Assembly: GCA_017540605.1 (NCBI GenBank)
Contig: JAFYAS010000046.1
Span: 38,330 to 102,329, forward strand
Origin: Lachnospiraceae bacterium
GTDB lineage: Bacteria; Bacillota; Clostridia; Lachnospirales; Lachnospiraceae
Reading direction: 5' to 3'
DNA length: 64,000 bases
Below, in pieces: positions 27,240-35,125 of the stretch. Under the pieces are notes generated by a model. It was given only the letters and a program-made list of their open reading frames with translations, searched no databases and was not told where the DNA came from. Position 1 is the first letter of the stretch. Every line of letters begins with the position of its first letter. Made by a program: the position numbers and the translations under genes.

Positions 27240-29183
27240 TTATGACAGCTTGAGATCTTCATAATCATCGCTGTTGGTAAGCAATACCACAACCGTATCA
27301 GCCTTACCCGCTGCCTTGATCTTTGCAATATCAAACTCCATAAGCTTTTGTCCCTTCTTTACCTGATCGCCCTCAGACACGAAGGTAGTAAAGCCGTCGC
27401 CCTTCATCTCAACCGTATCTACGCCTACATGGATAAGAAGCTCCATATCCTCTGCACCGGTGATACCTATGGCATGCTTGCTGTCAGCCACCGAACTGAT
27501 CTCACCATCCATGGGAGCATATACAACTCCCTCATCGGGTATGATACCAACACCCTGACCCAATACGCCTGATGCAAAGGTCTCATCACTGATCTCTGTA
27601 TAAGGTATGATCTTTCCCTTTGTGGGCTGCCCGATCTCACCTGCTGAAGAGCTTATCACTACATTGTCACAAGGAACCTCTCCTGATGACTTGGATGCCT
27701 GAACCTCATTTATCATAGGAGTAGAGGTTGTCTTGGGCTCATCTACCTTTGCCCCAGGTATCTCATCATTATCCTCTTTCCAGACAGCCAATGTAAGTCC
27801 AAAGGCAACTCCACCGGAAATGAGAAGAAGAACTGTATAGACACCGGGATTGTTTATGGTCAGATAACCGGGGATACCGGTCACACCGTAAGCTGTTGCA
27901 CCGATCTTGGTGATAGCTCCGAAAACAGAACCGCAGGCCGCACCGATCATACCGCATACAAAGGGCTTCATGAAACGGAAGTTTACACCGAAGATAGCAG
28001 GCTCGGTGATACCGAGCGAAGCAGAAAGAGCAGAAGGAACAGCAACTGTCTTAAGCTTGGCCTGTCTACACTTAAGACCTACCGCAAGGCAGGCACCAAA
28101 CTGTGCGAAGTTGGCTGCCGATGCTATAGGCATCCAGGTATTGAGTCCAACAGATGAAAGCATTCCTGCCTCAATAACATTGTACATATGGTGAAGACCC
28201 ATTACAACCGTTACGGGATAAATAGCGCCCATAAGCATAGCTCCGGGAGGGAACTGTACAAGCCACTCAGCGCCCTTGAGTACATAATTCTCAAGTGTTG
28301 CGAAGATAGGTCCGATCACAACAAATGTGAAGAGTGATGTAACAAATACTGTGGTGATGGGAACAACGAAGAGATCGATCATCTCATTAACATGATCATG
28401 TAACCACTTCTCGATCTTACTCATAAACCAGATAGCTATCATAACCGGGATTACATGACCTTGATAACCATGCCGGGATATGGATCCCAATACATAATCG
28501 CCTATCTTGATATTGCCAAACAGGTTCCATGTAGGTATCTTGCCGTCGGTAACTCCGAAGAAACCATTTATCGCATCTACACTACCTACGTTCCAACCGT
28601 TCAAAAGACCGGTGTGAACCATCATCAGACCAATAACCGCCGCAAGGAATATATTGCCTCCAAATACTCTCGCAGCACTTACTGCCACGATCACAGGCAA
28701 AAACGCAAAAGCAGTATTGGCAACCATATCGAGATATGCGTACCAGTCAGTTTCCGCAAAGGTGGGAATAGCCTTTCCAAGAGCTTCAACCACACCCATC
28801 ATAAGACCGGATGCCACGATAGCGGGAAGAATAGGAACAAATACATCTCCTACTGATTTTAATGCCCTCTTCCAGGCGGGCTGTGCTGCAGCAGCTGCTT
28901 CCTTCACGTCGTCCTTGGTAGCCGCTGTCATACCGGTAACCGCTAAGAACTCCTCATAAACCTTGTTCACCGTACCGGTTCCAATGATGAGCTGGAGCTG
29001 TCCGTTGCTCTCGAACATACCCTTCACCCCATCAACATTTTCGAGTTTCTTTTTGTCAATCTTTGAATTGTCCTTGATAACAAGCCTAAGTCTTGTAGCG
29101 CAATGTGCTGCCTGTGCAACGTTCTCCCTTCCGCCGATCAGGGATACGATCTCTTCAGCACATCTTCTGTAATCAAGTGCCAT
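27240..29183 (-). CDS. scrA: PTS sucrose-family transporter, fused EIIB-EIIC-EIIA
   Basis: The EIIB Cys motif is AAHCATRLRL. A polytopic EIIC domain follows. The C-terminal EIIA-Glc-type domain contains DSKHAIGI...LIHVGVDTV. Confidence 0.88.
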   Translation of the reverse strand: MALDYRRCAEEIVSLIGGRENVAQAAHCATRLRLVIKDNSKIDKKKLENVDGVKGMFESNGQLQLIIGTGTVNKVYEEFLAVTGMTAATKDDVKEAAAAAQPAWKRALKSVGDVFVPILPAIVASGLMMGVVEALGKAIPTFAETDWYAYLDMVANTAFAFLPVIVAVSAARVFGGNIFLAAVIGLMMVHTGLLNGWNVGSVDAINGFFGVTDGKIPTWNLFGNIKIGDYVLGSISRHGYQGHVIPVMIAIWFMSKIEKWLHDHVNEMIDLFVVPITTVFVTSLFTFVVIGPIFATLENYVLKGAEWLVQFPPGAMLMGAIYPVTVVMGLHHMYNVIEAGMLSSVGLNTWMPIASAANFAQFGACLAVGLKCRQAKLKTVAVPSALSASLGITEPAIFGVNFRFMKPFVCGMIGAACGSVFGAITKIGATAYGVTGIPGYLTINNPGVYTVLLLISGGVAFGLTLAVWKEDNDEIPGAKVDEPKTTSTPMINEVQASKSSGEVPCDNVVISSSAGEIGQPTKGKIIPYTEISDETFASGVLGQGVGIIPDEGVVYAPMDGEISSVADSKHAIGITGAEDMELLIHVGVDTVEMKGDGFTTFVSEGDQVKKGQKLMEFDIAKIKAAGKADTVVVLLTNSDDYEDLKLS

Positions 29184-29229
29184 AGCATTGACCTCCTTCC
29201 ATAAAAATCACATTGTTTTATTGGTTGTT

Positions 29230-29243
29230 TGAAATCGTTTTCA
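29230..29243. promoter_or_regulatory. cre-like / LacI-family operator palindrome upstream of scrA
   Basis: TGAAATCGTTTTCA fits the TGWAANCGNTNWCA consensus at all 14 positions. It lies just downstream of the putative -10 box. Confidence 0.65.
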
Positions 29244-29253
29244 ATCTGTTTTC

Positions 29254-29282
29254 AGATTATCACAGTATCTTATTCTTGTCAA
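29254..29282 (-). promoter_or_regulatory. Putative sigma-A promoter of the scrA operon
   Basis: On the minus strand TTGACA (complement of 29277-29282) is followed, after a 15-17 nt spacer, by GATAAT/TAATCT. Confidence 0.5.
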
Positions 29283-29331
29283 CTAAAAAATGTATTATTT
29301 TGAAAGTTTTTTTAGGTCATAAAAGATTATA

Positions 29332-30318
29332 TTAAATCGACTCTCTCTCTATGATCTCATATCCAAGCTTTATCTGGCTGATAGGATAACCTTCTTTACC
29401 GTTTTCAATCATCTCTCTTAGCATCCTTGCCGCCGTCTGACCACACTGCTCAAAGTAAAGTCTCACCGTAGTAAGCTCAGGAGTTGTAACCTGTCCGGCA
29501 AGATTGTTGCCTATACCCGCTATGGCAATATCATCAGGTATTGAAAGCTTCTTTTCCCTGATTGCCTTCATGGCACCGAGAGCAAGAGAATCCGTGGCGC
29601 AAAGCACTCCATCAATCTTTTTCTTTTTTGAAAAGAGCTCCTTCATAGAAGTATAACCATGCCTCATATCAAAGCCTGAAGTCTCAACCGATATAAGCTT
29701 TGAAGGATCTTTATCCATCTCCTTAAAGGCTTTTATAACGCCTTCCTTTCTCTTGATACCAACCGCAGGATCAGTCTCCGGCGCCCCGATATATGCAATA
29801 TTCTTCCTTTTTTTGAGCATCAATTGGGCAAGCTCCCTCATAGCATTCTGGTCATCATAATATACACAGGGAAAGCCCTCAAAAGCTTGTCCGGTGATAA
29901 CAATGGGTATGGGACATCTTTCAATGGTATTCCTTAAATGCGGTGTCATGGTGGTGCCCATAAGTATGATGCCCTCAAGCTTACTAAGTGTCATCATGTT
30001 GATATATTGAACCTCTTTTTCCACTGCACCCTCTGTTAAACCAAGAATCATATTGTAATCATTTTCAGAAAGGCCATCTGCTATGCCGTGCATGATCTGC
30101 GACAGTGAATCAGAATGGATCTTCGGAACTATCACTCCTATCTGACCGCTTTTTCCTGTTCTCATGGATTGAGCAGCCTGATTTGGAACATAGTGATACT
30201 TCTCCACTACCGCCTTTATCCTCTTCTGTTTTTCTTCTCCTAATGACCCCCCATTAAAATATCTGCTGACAGCGGCTGATGAAACTCCCGCTTCCTTTGC
30301 GATATCCTTAATCGTCAT
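29332..30318 (-). CDS. scrR: LacI family transcriptional regulator (sucrose operon repressor candidate)
   Basis: The N-terminal HTH is MTIKDIAKEAGVSSAAVSRYFNG, followed by a periplasmic-binding-protein-like sugar domain. It lies adjacent to scrA. Confidence 0.85.
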   Translation of the reverse strand: MTIKDIAKEAGVSSAAVSRYFNGGSLGEEKQKRIKAVVEKYHYVPNQAAQSMRTGKSGQIGVIVPKIHSDSLSQIMHGIADGLSENDYNMILGLTEGAVEKEVQYINMMTLSKLEGIILMGTTMTPHLRNTIERCPIPIVITGQAFEGFPCVYYDDQNAMRELAQLMLKKRKNIAYIGAPETDPAVGIKRKEGVIKAFKEMDKDPSKLISVETSGFDMRHGYTSMKELFSKKKKIDGVLCATDSLALGAMKAIREKKLSIPDDIAIAGIGNNLAGQVTTPELTTVRLYFEQCGQTAARMLREMIENGKEGYPISQIKLGYEIIERESI

Positions 30319-30357
30319 CGTCCATCTCTCCTATCCAAAGCACCATTGAATACTTGT

Positions 30358-30371
30358 TGTAATCGTTTACA
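30358..30371. promoter_or_regulatory. Second cre-like / LacI-family operator palindrome upstream of scrR
   Basis: TGTAATCGTTTACA fits the TGWAANCGNTNWCA consensus at all 14 positions, 40 nt upstream of the scrR start. Confidence 0.6.
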
Positions 30372-30409
30372 TTTATATTATATAACCTAGTCTTATTTTT
30401 TTCAAGAAA

Positions 30410-30448
30410 AAAAAGACGAAGGATGATAAATTGATACAATCCTTCGTC
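30410..30448 (-). terminator. Intrinsic terminator of the acyltransferase gene
   Basis: The stem GACGAAGGA (30415-30423) / TCCTTCGTC (30440-30448) is followed on the minus strand by TTTTTTTT. Confidence 0.75.
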
Positions 30449-30449
30449 G

Positions 30450-30487
30450 TAACTGTTCAGCAGCTTCGCTGCTGCCAGTTACGAGCA
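30450..30487 (+). repeat. Truncated (5'-terminal 38 bp) copy of the TAACTGTTCA repeat family
   Basis: TAACTGTTCAGCAGCTTCGCTGCTGCCAGTTACGAGCA is identical to the first 38 bp of copy B (53031-53068). Confidence 0.75.
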
Positions 30488-30494
30488 ATACTTT

Positions 30495-32366
30495 TTAGTT
30501 TTCCGAAGTGACATCCACCCATATCACCGGCCTGATAGCACCGTTGGGTCTGTTGACCTCCTTTTCGGCTACAGATATCTCTCCGTCAACAGTCACTATG
30601 GGAGCATATATATCAGGAGCTTCCTCGGCACCCTTCAACCACCACCATGAGCTTCTATAATCCTTCATATCCCAATAGTTATATTTACTCATGACATTGG
30701 TATTGGTCCCCTTCATCATTGCTAGCTCAGTAACCGACAGTTGTCTTTTTTCATCAGTATCAAAAACCTCAGCGGCCTCTTCGGGAGTCAAAAGTGTGAT
30801 GACATCCCCATTAGTATTGACAATATTCTTAAACTCTCCCGAGCTGAAGCTCTTTATAAATGTCTTGCTGTGAAGCATTTTTCTAAGATCAGATTCCATC
30901 CAGGTGACAGCCATATGCTTGTGATTGTAGCACTCACCGTCAACACCCTGCTTCGATAGAAGCATCACCTTGTTGCCATCTTTTTTTACAACGATCCAGC
31001 TCCAACGCTCTCTTCCGGGAATACCGTCCATATCGAAGCGGCCCCATTTTACCTCGTCGCCCACATTTGCATTTTTTATAGCCTTACATTCGGAGGAATA
31101 ATTGATCATATCTCTTACTAATCTTCCCACAGTCAAGGTAAGGATCAAGACTACGATCGCTATGATCAAAAGCTTTATATGCACCTTCCTTTTAGTCTTC
31201 TTTTCAGCCTCTGTTTTTGGAGGTGGATTTAAAAACGCCACAGTCTTTTTTATGAGGAACTTAACTGCAGGGGATACCAGGGCTGTTAAGGCAATGCTCG
31301 AAGCATATACCGCAGTAAATCTCAAGGGATCAGACATAGTCATATCTCCATATATACGATTTACAAAATAGCCGTGTATCAAAAAGAGCTCAACGCTTAT
31401 TCCGCTTATATACTTAAGAACCGGATTGCCAAGCCTTATACGCATATTTAAAAGCACAACAAGCAAGGTAGAAAGTATGCAGGCTGTGGATTGACTAAGG
31501 AGCGTAATAAGCTTTCCGTATTTGTATATGCCCACATAGGTCTCAATATAATAACCAAAGTGAAGAAGATTACGGATGGAATAGCCAAACATCACCCCAA
31601 AAAGCACAGTAGTTATCAAAAGGAAAAATACATAAAACCTGTTAAAAAATGCAGTGAGTTTTTCCTTGAATCTTCCGTAAAGCATACCAAAGACAAATAC
31701 TATAGTCGAATTGTACCACCACTCTCCCGCAAACCAATGTGCCTTATTTCCCTCAGGATCGTGTCCCTTGAAATAAGCATACCTTATTATAAGGACAACA
31801 GAAACACACATAAGAAAAAGTGAGATATCCTTCTTTTTGATCAAGCTAAACAAAACATAGAATATTAGGTAGAAAATAACTATCTCAACGATAAACCATC
31901 CATTGCTGTTTATAAGGGTAATACCGAAGATATCCTTAATCACATCTATGGTTCCGTCCTTTGAGCCATACACAAATTTCGTCAAAAGAACCCCAAGTAT
32001 ATTCACCACCCAAAAAGGGATCAAAACGGTAGGTAGTCGCTTTTTTAAAAAGTTCTTTAAATAGTTTTCCTTTGTATAAAGGCTGACGATCAATCCATAG
32101 CCCGAAAAGAAAAAGAATATGGAAGTAAAAAGAATACCTGCATAATTGAAAATGGTAACGGGACCTTTGATATATGTTCCATAGGATGTGATCTGTTGAG
32201 TCAGATGATGCATGATGATAGCGATGCAAGCAAAGCCCTGTATAAGCTTACCCTGTTCAAGGCTCAAAAAATCAGGGGAAACCTCCTTTTTCTTTGATAG
32301 CTTTGCCCCGTAAAATGTCATTATAAAAAGTGCCACAGGAAATAGATTTAGTAGGAAAAGTTCCAT
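30495..32366 (-). CDS. Acyltransferase family 3 membrane protein fused to a C-terminal extracytoplasmic DUF6273-like domain
   Basis: The N-terminal ~380 aa are polytopic, with an acyltransferase_3-like HH motif (IAIIMHHLTQ). An additional TM follows. The C-terminal ~190 aa follow the pattern W.W.V...GNKV.LLS...W..SDLR..L...F...FS..E...I......D.I.LL...E.......WWWLKG....NGAIRPVIWV that I associate with DUF6273. Confidence 0.75.
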   Translation of the reverse strand: MELFLLNLFPVALFIMTFYGAKLSKKKEVSPDFLSLEQGKLIQGFACIAIIMHHLTQQITSYGTYIKGPVTIFNYAGILFTSIFFFFSGYGLIVSLYTKENYLKNFLKKRLPTVLIPFWVVNILGVLLTKFVYGSKDGTIDVIKDIFGITLINSNGWFIVEIVIFYLIFYVLFSLIKKKDISLFLMCVSVVLIIRYAYFKGHDPEGNKAHWFAGEWWYNSTIVFVFGMLYGRFKEKLTAFFNRFYVFFLLITTVLFGVMFGYSIRNLLHFGYYIETYVGIYKYGKLITLLSQSTACILSTLLVVLLNMRIRLGNPVLKYISGISVELFLIHGYFVNRIYGDMTMSDPLRFTAVYASSIALTALVSPAVKFLIKKTVAFLNPPPKTEAEKKTKRKVHIKLLIIAIVVLILTLTVGRLVRDMINYSSECKAIKNANVGDEVKWGRFDMDGIPGRERWSWIVVKKDGNKVMLLSKQGVDGECYNHKHMAVTWMESDLRKMLHSKTFIKSFSSGEFKNIVNTNGDVITLLTPEEAAEVFDTDEKRQLSVTELAMMKGTNTNVMSKYNYWDMKDYRSSWWWLKGAEEAPDIYAPIVTVDGEISVAEKEVNRPNGAIRPVIWVDVTSEN

Positions 32367-32489
32367 GCCCCTTCGGCCTTTTAGGCCGCCTCCTTTACGA
32401 TAATACCAAATTATTTTATGCTTTCAAAAGTTTTTTGTCAACATTTTGAAAAATTGAAAAATAATGTTGCGCTTATGTTGCTATTTGAC

Positions 32490-32498
32490 TGTTATAAT
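32490..32498 (+). promoter_or_regulatory. Extended -10 promoter element upstream of the 730-aa gene
   Basis: TGTTATAAT (TGnTATAAT) lies 43 nt upstream of the ATG at 32541. No good -35 box was seen. Confidence 0.4.
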
Positions 32499-32540
32499 GA
32501 GCTCAGCTTAAGGTCAGTATTAAAAAACGAGGTATGTATT

Positions 32541-34733
32541 ATGATCACCAAAGAACAGATAGGTGAATGGATAAGATCCATCAACACCTACAGAACCAAT
32601 CTGCAGACCGGCGGAGGCGCATTGTTCAGTGCTACCTACAGCAAAGAAAACAACGCTCTATATGATAGTGCGACTGCTTGCCAGAATCTTCTCACAATGT
32701 ATTACAATTATGATTCATTAAACGAAACACAGCTTAAAAGGCTGAAAACCATTATGTCGGATATGAATCTTAAGGCTCATGCTTACGAAGAAGCAAAGAG
32801 AAAGAACAGAAAAGAACGTTATGCACTTGTAGATTCACCGAGAGATGGTATAATAGCAGCAACGGGGGATAAAAAAACAAGATTGCAGGCCGCAGCGGAT
32901 ATGGCCCTTCTTACAAGGGATGCAATAAGATTCACCCTTGATACAGAGATTGCAGCCCAGGCAGGAAAAGAGCCCACTAAGCTTCCCAGCGAATATGCAA
33001 AGCTTGATGAAAAGCTCGGAGACGGCGATGTATCTGCTTCCGATATCATCAAGAATACGAAGAAGCTCACCAAGGATCACAAGGCCAGGATGGAGATCAT
33101 CCACTTCCATCAGAGTGCCGTTGAGGCCGTAGAGGATTATAATGAAGCAGTTAAGAATTCATTCTGGGGCAAAAAGACAACTATTGGCGTGATGACTAAG
33201 GAGTTCAAGGAGCTTGAAAACCTTCACAGACTTGAGCTTTTAAAGTACAACAACGGATCTGACTTTATGAATTCATACAAGGCCAATCGCTACAAGATCC
33301 GTCAGGTGGTTGATATTTACAACAACGCCATGGAATGGAAAAAGGGAACACCGAAGGAGCAAAGGATATACAATCTTCTTCGTGTTTCTTTAGGACTTAC
33401 CAATAAGCAGTTCGAGGAGCTTGGAGAAAAGATCTCTACACTGGAAATGATCGGCAGACACATGGATCACCGTATGTCAATGTATGCCAACCCTGAATTT
33501 GCAAAGATGGGTCTTGACGAATTAAAGAAACTGGCCCCCCTTAAAAAGGATGAGCTTGAGAAAAAGCTTAAGGATGCTGAGAACAATTTTAATAATCCTC
33601 AGTTACCTGTTGAGTATAAACCAAGTACTGACAAGATACGATTTTTCAAGGACGCTATTGCATATAGGTCTTTAGAGGACTTGGGCATCAAGCAGAACAT
33701 ATCAACCTCTGCAAGAGCAGAAAAATCATACATAAACAGAACAGTAGGCGACAAGCTGAAGCGAAACTTCAAGTTTTTAAATGCACAGGCAAGAGTCGGC
33801 CGCCAGAAGATGAAGGCAGACGGCATAGCGGGCGCTGTTGATATGCCTGTAATGCTTAAGGGAAAGCTCGGAAAGGTATCTCTTAAGTACGCATCTAAGA
33901 ATGGTCTCGTAAGCGCAGGAGCCCATGCAGGCGCACTTGGTGCCAAAGCTGTAGGAAGTGTTGGTCTAGGCTTCTCACTTAAGAATCCTGCCAGCATCCA
34001 ATTGAGCGCCGTAGGTTCAGCAGAGGCTTATGCATTAAGAGGTGTTGTTAAGGGAAGTGTCGGAAAGCCCAATATCAATCTTTCAGGTAATCTTCAGGGA
34101 CATGTGGGTCACGCAAAGGCAGAGGGAACCCTAGCCTTCGGTCATATTTACCAGGAGAAGGACAATGGCGAGCTCATCGTGGACGGCTTTGGTGTTTCTG
34201 CTAAGGGTGGAGCTACAGCAGCTGTATTAAACGGAAAGGCTGTCGCAGGCTTCAGCGTATTTGGTGTAAGAATAGGCTTTGAGGCCAATGGAAAGGCATT
34301 GGGAATCGGTGCTGAAGGCGAATTTACATTTATGCCTGCCAACGGTATAAAGCTTGGCGGAGGCGGTGCACTTGGCTTCGGCGGAAGCTTCTATGTCTCA
34401 GTAGACTGGAGAGGTCTTGTGACTAAGGTTAAGCACTGGAAGGAAAGACGAGCTATCTCAAAGAAGACACTTGCCGCCAAGAAGGCAGAAGAAAAGGCAA
34501 GAAAGCAGGCAAAGGCCAACAAAAAGAGAAGAAACTCTATTTCCGGCAATCAGGTAGAAGCTGCAAAGGACGATCAGGCAAAGATCAAGCGATCAAACAG
34601 CATCGCAAAGACCAATACCATCAAGAAAAGTATAAAAGACAACAATGCCGCAAACAACAATAAGAAGCATGTAAACAACAATGTAAACAATAATAATCAC
34701 AATATAAACGCAAGTAATTCTTTAGGCAAATAA
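32541..34733 (+). CDS. Uncharacterised 730-aa protein with N-terminal helical region, Gly/Ala-rich beta-repeat domain, and Lys-rich then Asn-rich tail
   Basis: An ATG at 32541 lies 7 nt after GAGGT, and the track start at 32418 lacks an RBS. I saw no signal peptide or TM helix. No family was recognised. Confidence 0.8.
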   Translation: MITKEQIGEWIRSINTYRTNLQTGGGALFSATYSKENNALYDSATACQNLLTMYYNYDSLNETQLKRLKTIMSDMNLKAHAYEEAKRKNRKERYALVDSPRDGIIAATGDKKTRLQAAADMALLTRDAIRFTLDTEIAAQAGKEPTKLPSEYAKLDEKLGDGDVSASDIIKNTKKLTKDHKARMEIIHFHQSAVEAVEDYNEAVKNSFWGKKTTIGVMTKEFKELENLHRLELLKYNNGSDFMNSYKANRYKIRQVVDIYNNAMEWKKGTPKEQRIYNLLRVSLGLTNKQFEELGEKISTLEMIGRHMDHRMSMYANPEFAKMGLDELKKLAPLKKDELEKKLKDAENNFNNPQLPVEYKPSTDKIRFFKDAIAYRSLEDLGIKQNISTSARAEKSYINRTVGDKLKRNFKFLNAQARVGRQKMKADGIAGAVDMPVMLKGKLGKVSLKYASKNGLVSAGAHAGALGAKAVGSVGLGFSLKNPASIQLSAVGSAEAYALRGVVKGSVGKPNINLSGNLQGHVGHAKAEGTLAFGHIYQEKDNGELIVDGFGVSAKGGATAAVLNGKAVAGFSVFGVRIGFEANGKALGIGAEGEFTFMPANGIKLGGGGALGFGGSFYVSVDWRGLVTKVKHWKERRAISKKTLAAKKAEEKARKQAKANKKRRNSISGNQVEAAKDDQAKIKRSNSIAKTNTIKKSIKDNNAANNNKKHVNNNVNNNNHNINASNSLGK

Positions 34734-34751
34734 GAAAGAGAGGTATCTAAA

Positions 34752-35075
34752 ATGTACAAGGATCTATTACCTATCGGTTCAGTAGTAAGACTGGATGCAG
34801 GAGAAAGAAATGTTATGATCTGTGGAAGGATCGTAGTACCGGAGGGAACAGACAAGATCTACGACTATGCTGGCTGTGTCTATCCTGAGGGAATATCAAG
34901 CAACGAAGACTTGGTATTCTTCAACAGAAACAACATTGAAATGCTCTACTTCGTAGGCTTCCAGGATACTGATGAGCTCACCTACAGAGCAGAGGTGCTT
35001 GACGAGCTGGGAGAGCTTGCAGTAGTTGACGGAGAGGTGGTTCCTGTAGCCAACGATACCGAAGTTGAGGTATAA
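34752..35075 (+). CDS. DUF4176 domain protein
   Basis: LLPIGSVVRLDAGERNVMICGRIV....YDYAGCVYPEG......VFFNRNNIEMLYFVGFQD matches the DUF4176 pattern as I recall it (LLPLGSVV.L......MIIGR....DY....YPEG....FF.....I..V.F.G). An AGAGAGG RBS is present. The start lies 18 nt after the upstream stop. Confidence 0.78.
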   Translation: MYKDLLPIGSVVRLDAGERNVMICGRIVVPEGTDKIYDYAGCVYPEGISSNEDLVFFNRNNIEMLYFVGFQDTDELTYRAEVLDELGELAVVDGEVVPVANDTEVEV

Positions 35076-35086
35076 AAGGAATTTTA

Positions 35087-35120
35087 AAAGCGTGCTTTCG
35101 ATCTTTTGAAAGCACGCTTT
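35087..35120. terminator. Bidirectional intrinsic terminator (DUF4176 gene / galE)
   Basis: A 13-bp stem AAAGCGTGCTTTC / GAAAGCACGCTTT has A/T runs on both sides. Confidence 0.85.
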
Positions 35121-35125
35121 TATTT

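Noticed and set aside
32418-32540. Upstream start of the 771-aa track ORF
   Set aside because: No RBS precedes 32418. The extended -10 promoter element (32490-32498) lies inside this stretch. The ATG at 32541 has a GAGGT RBS at correct spacing.
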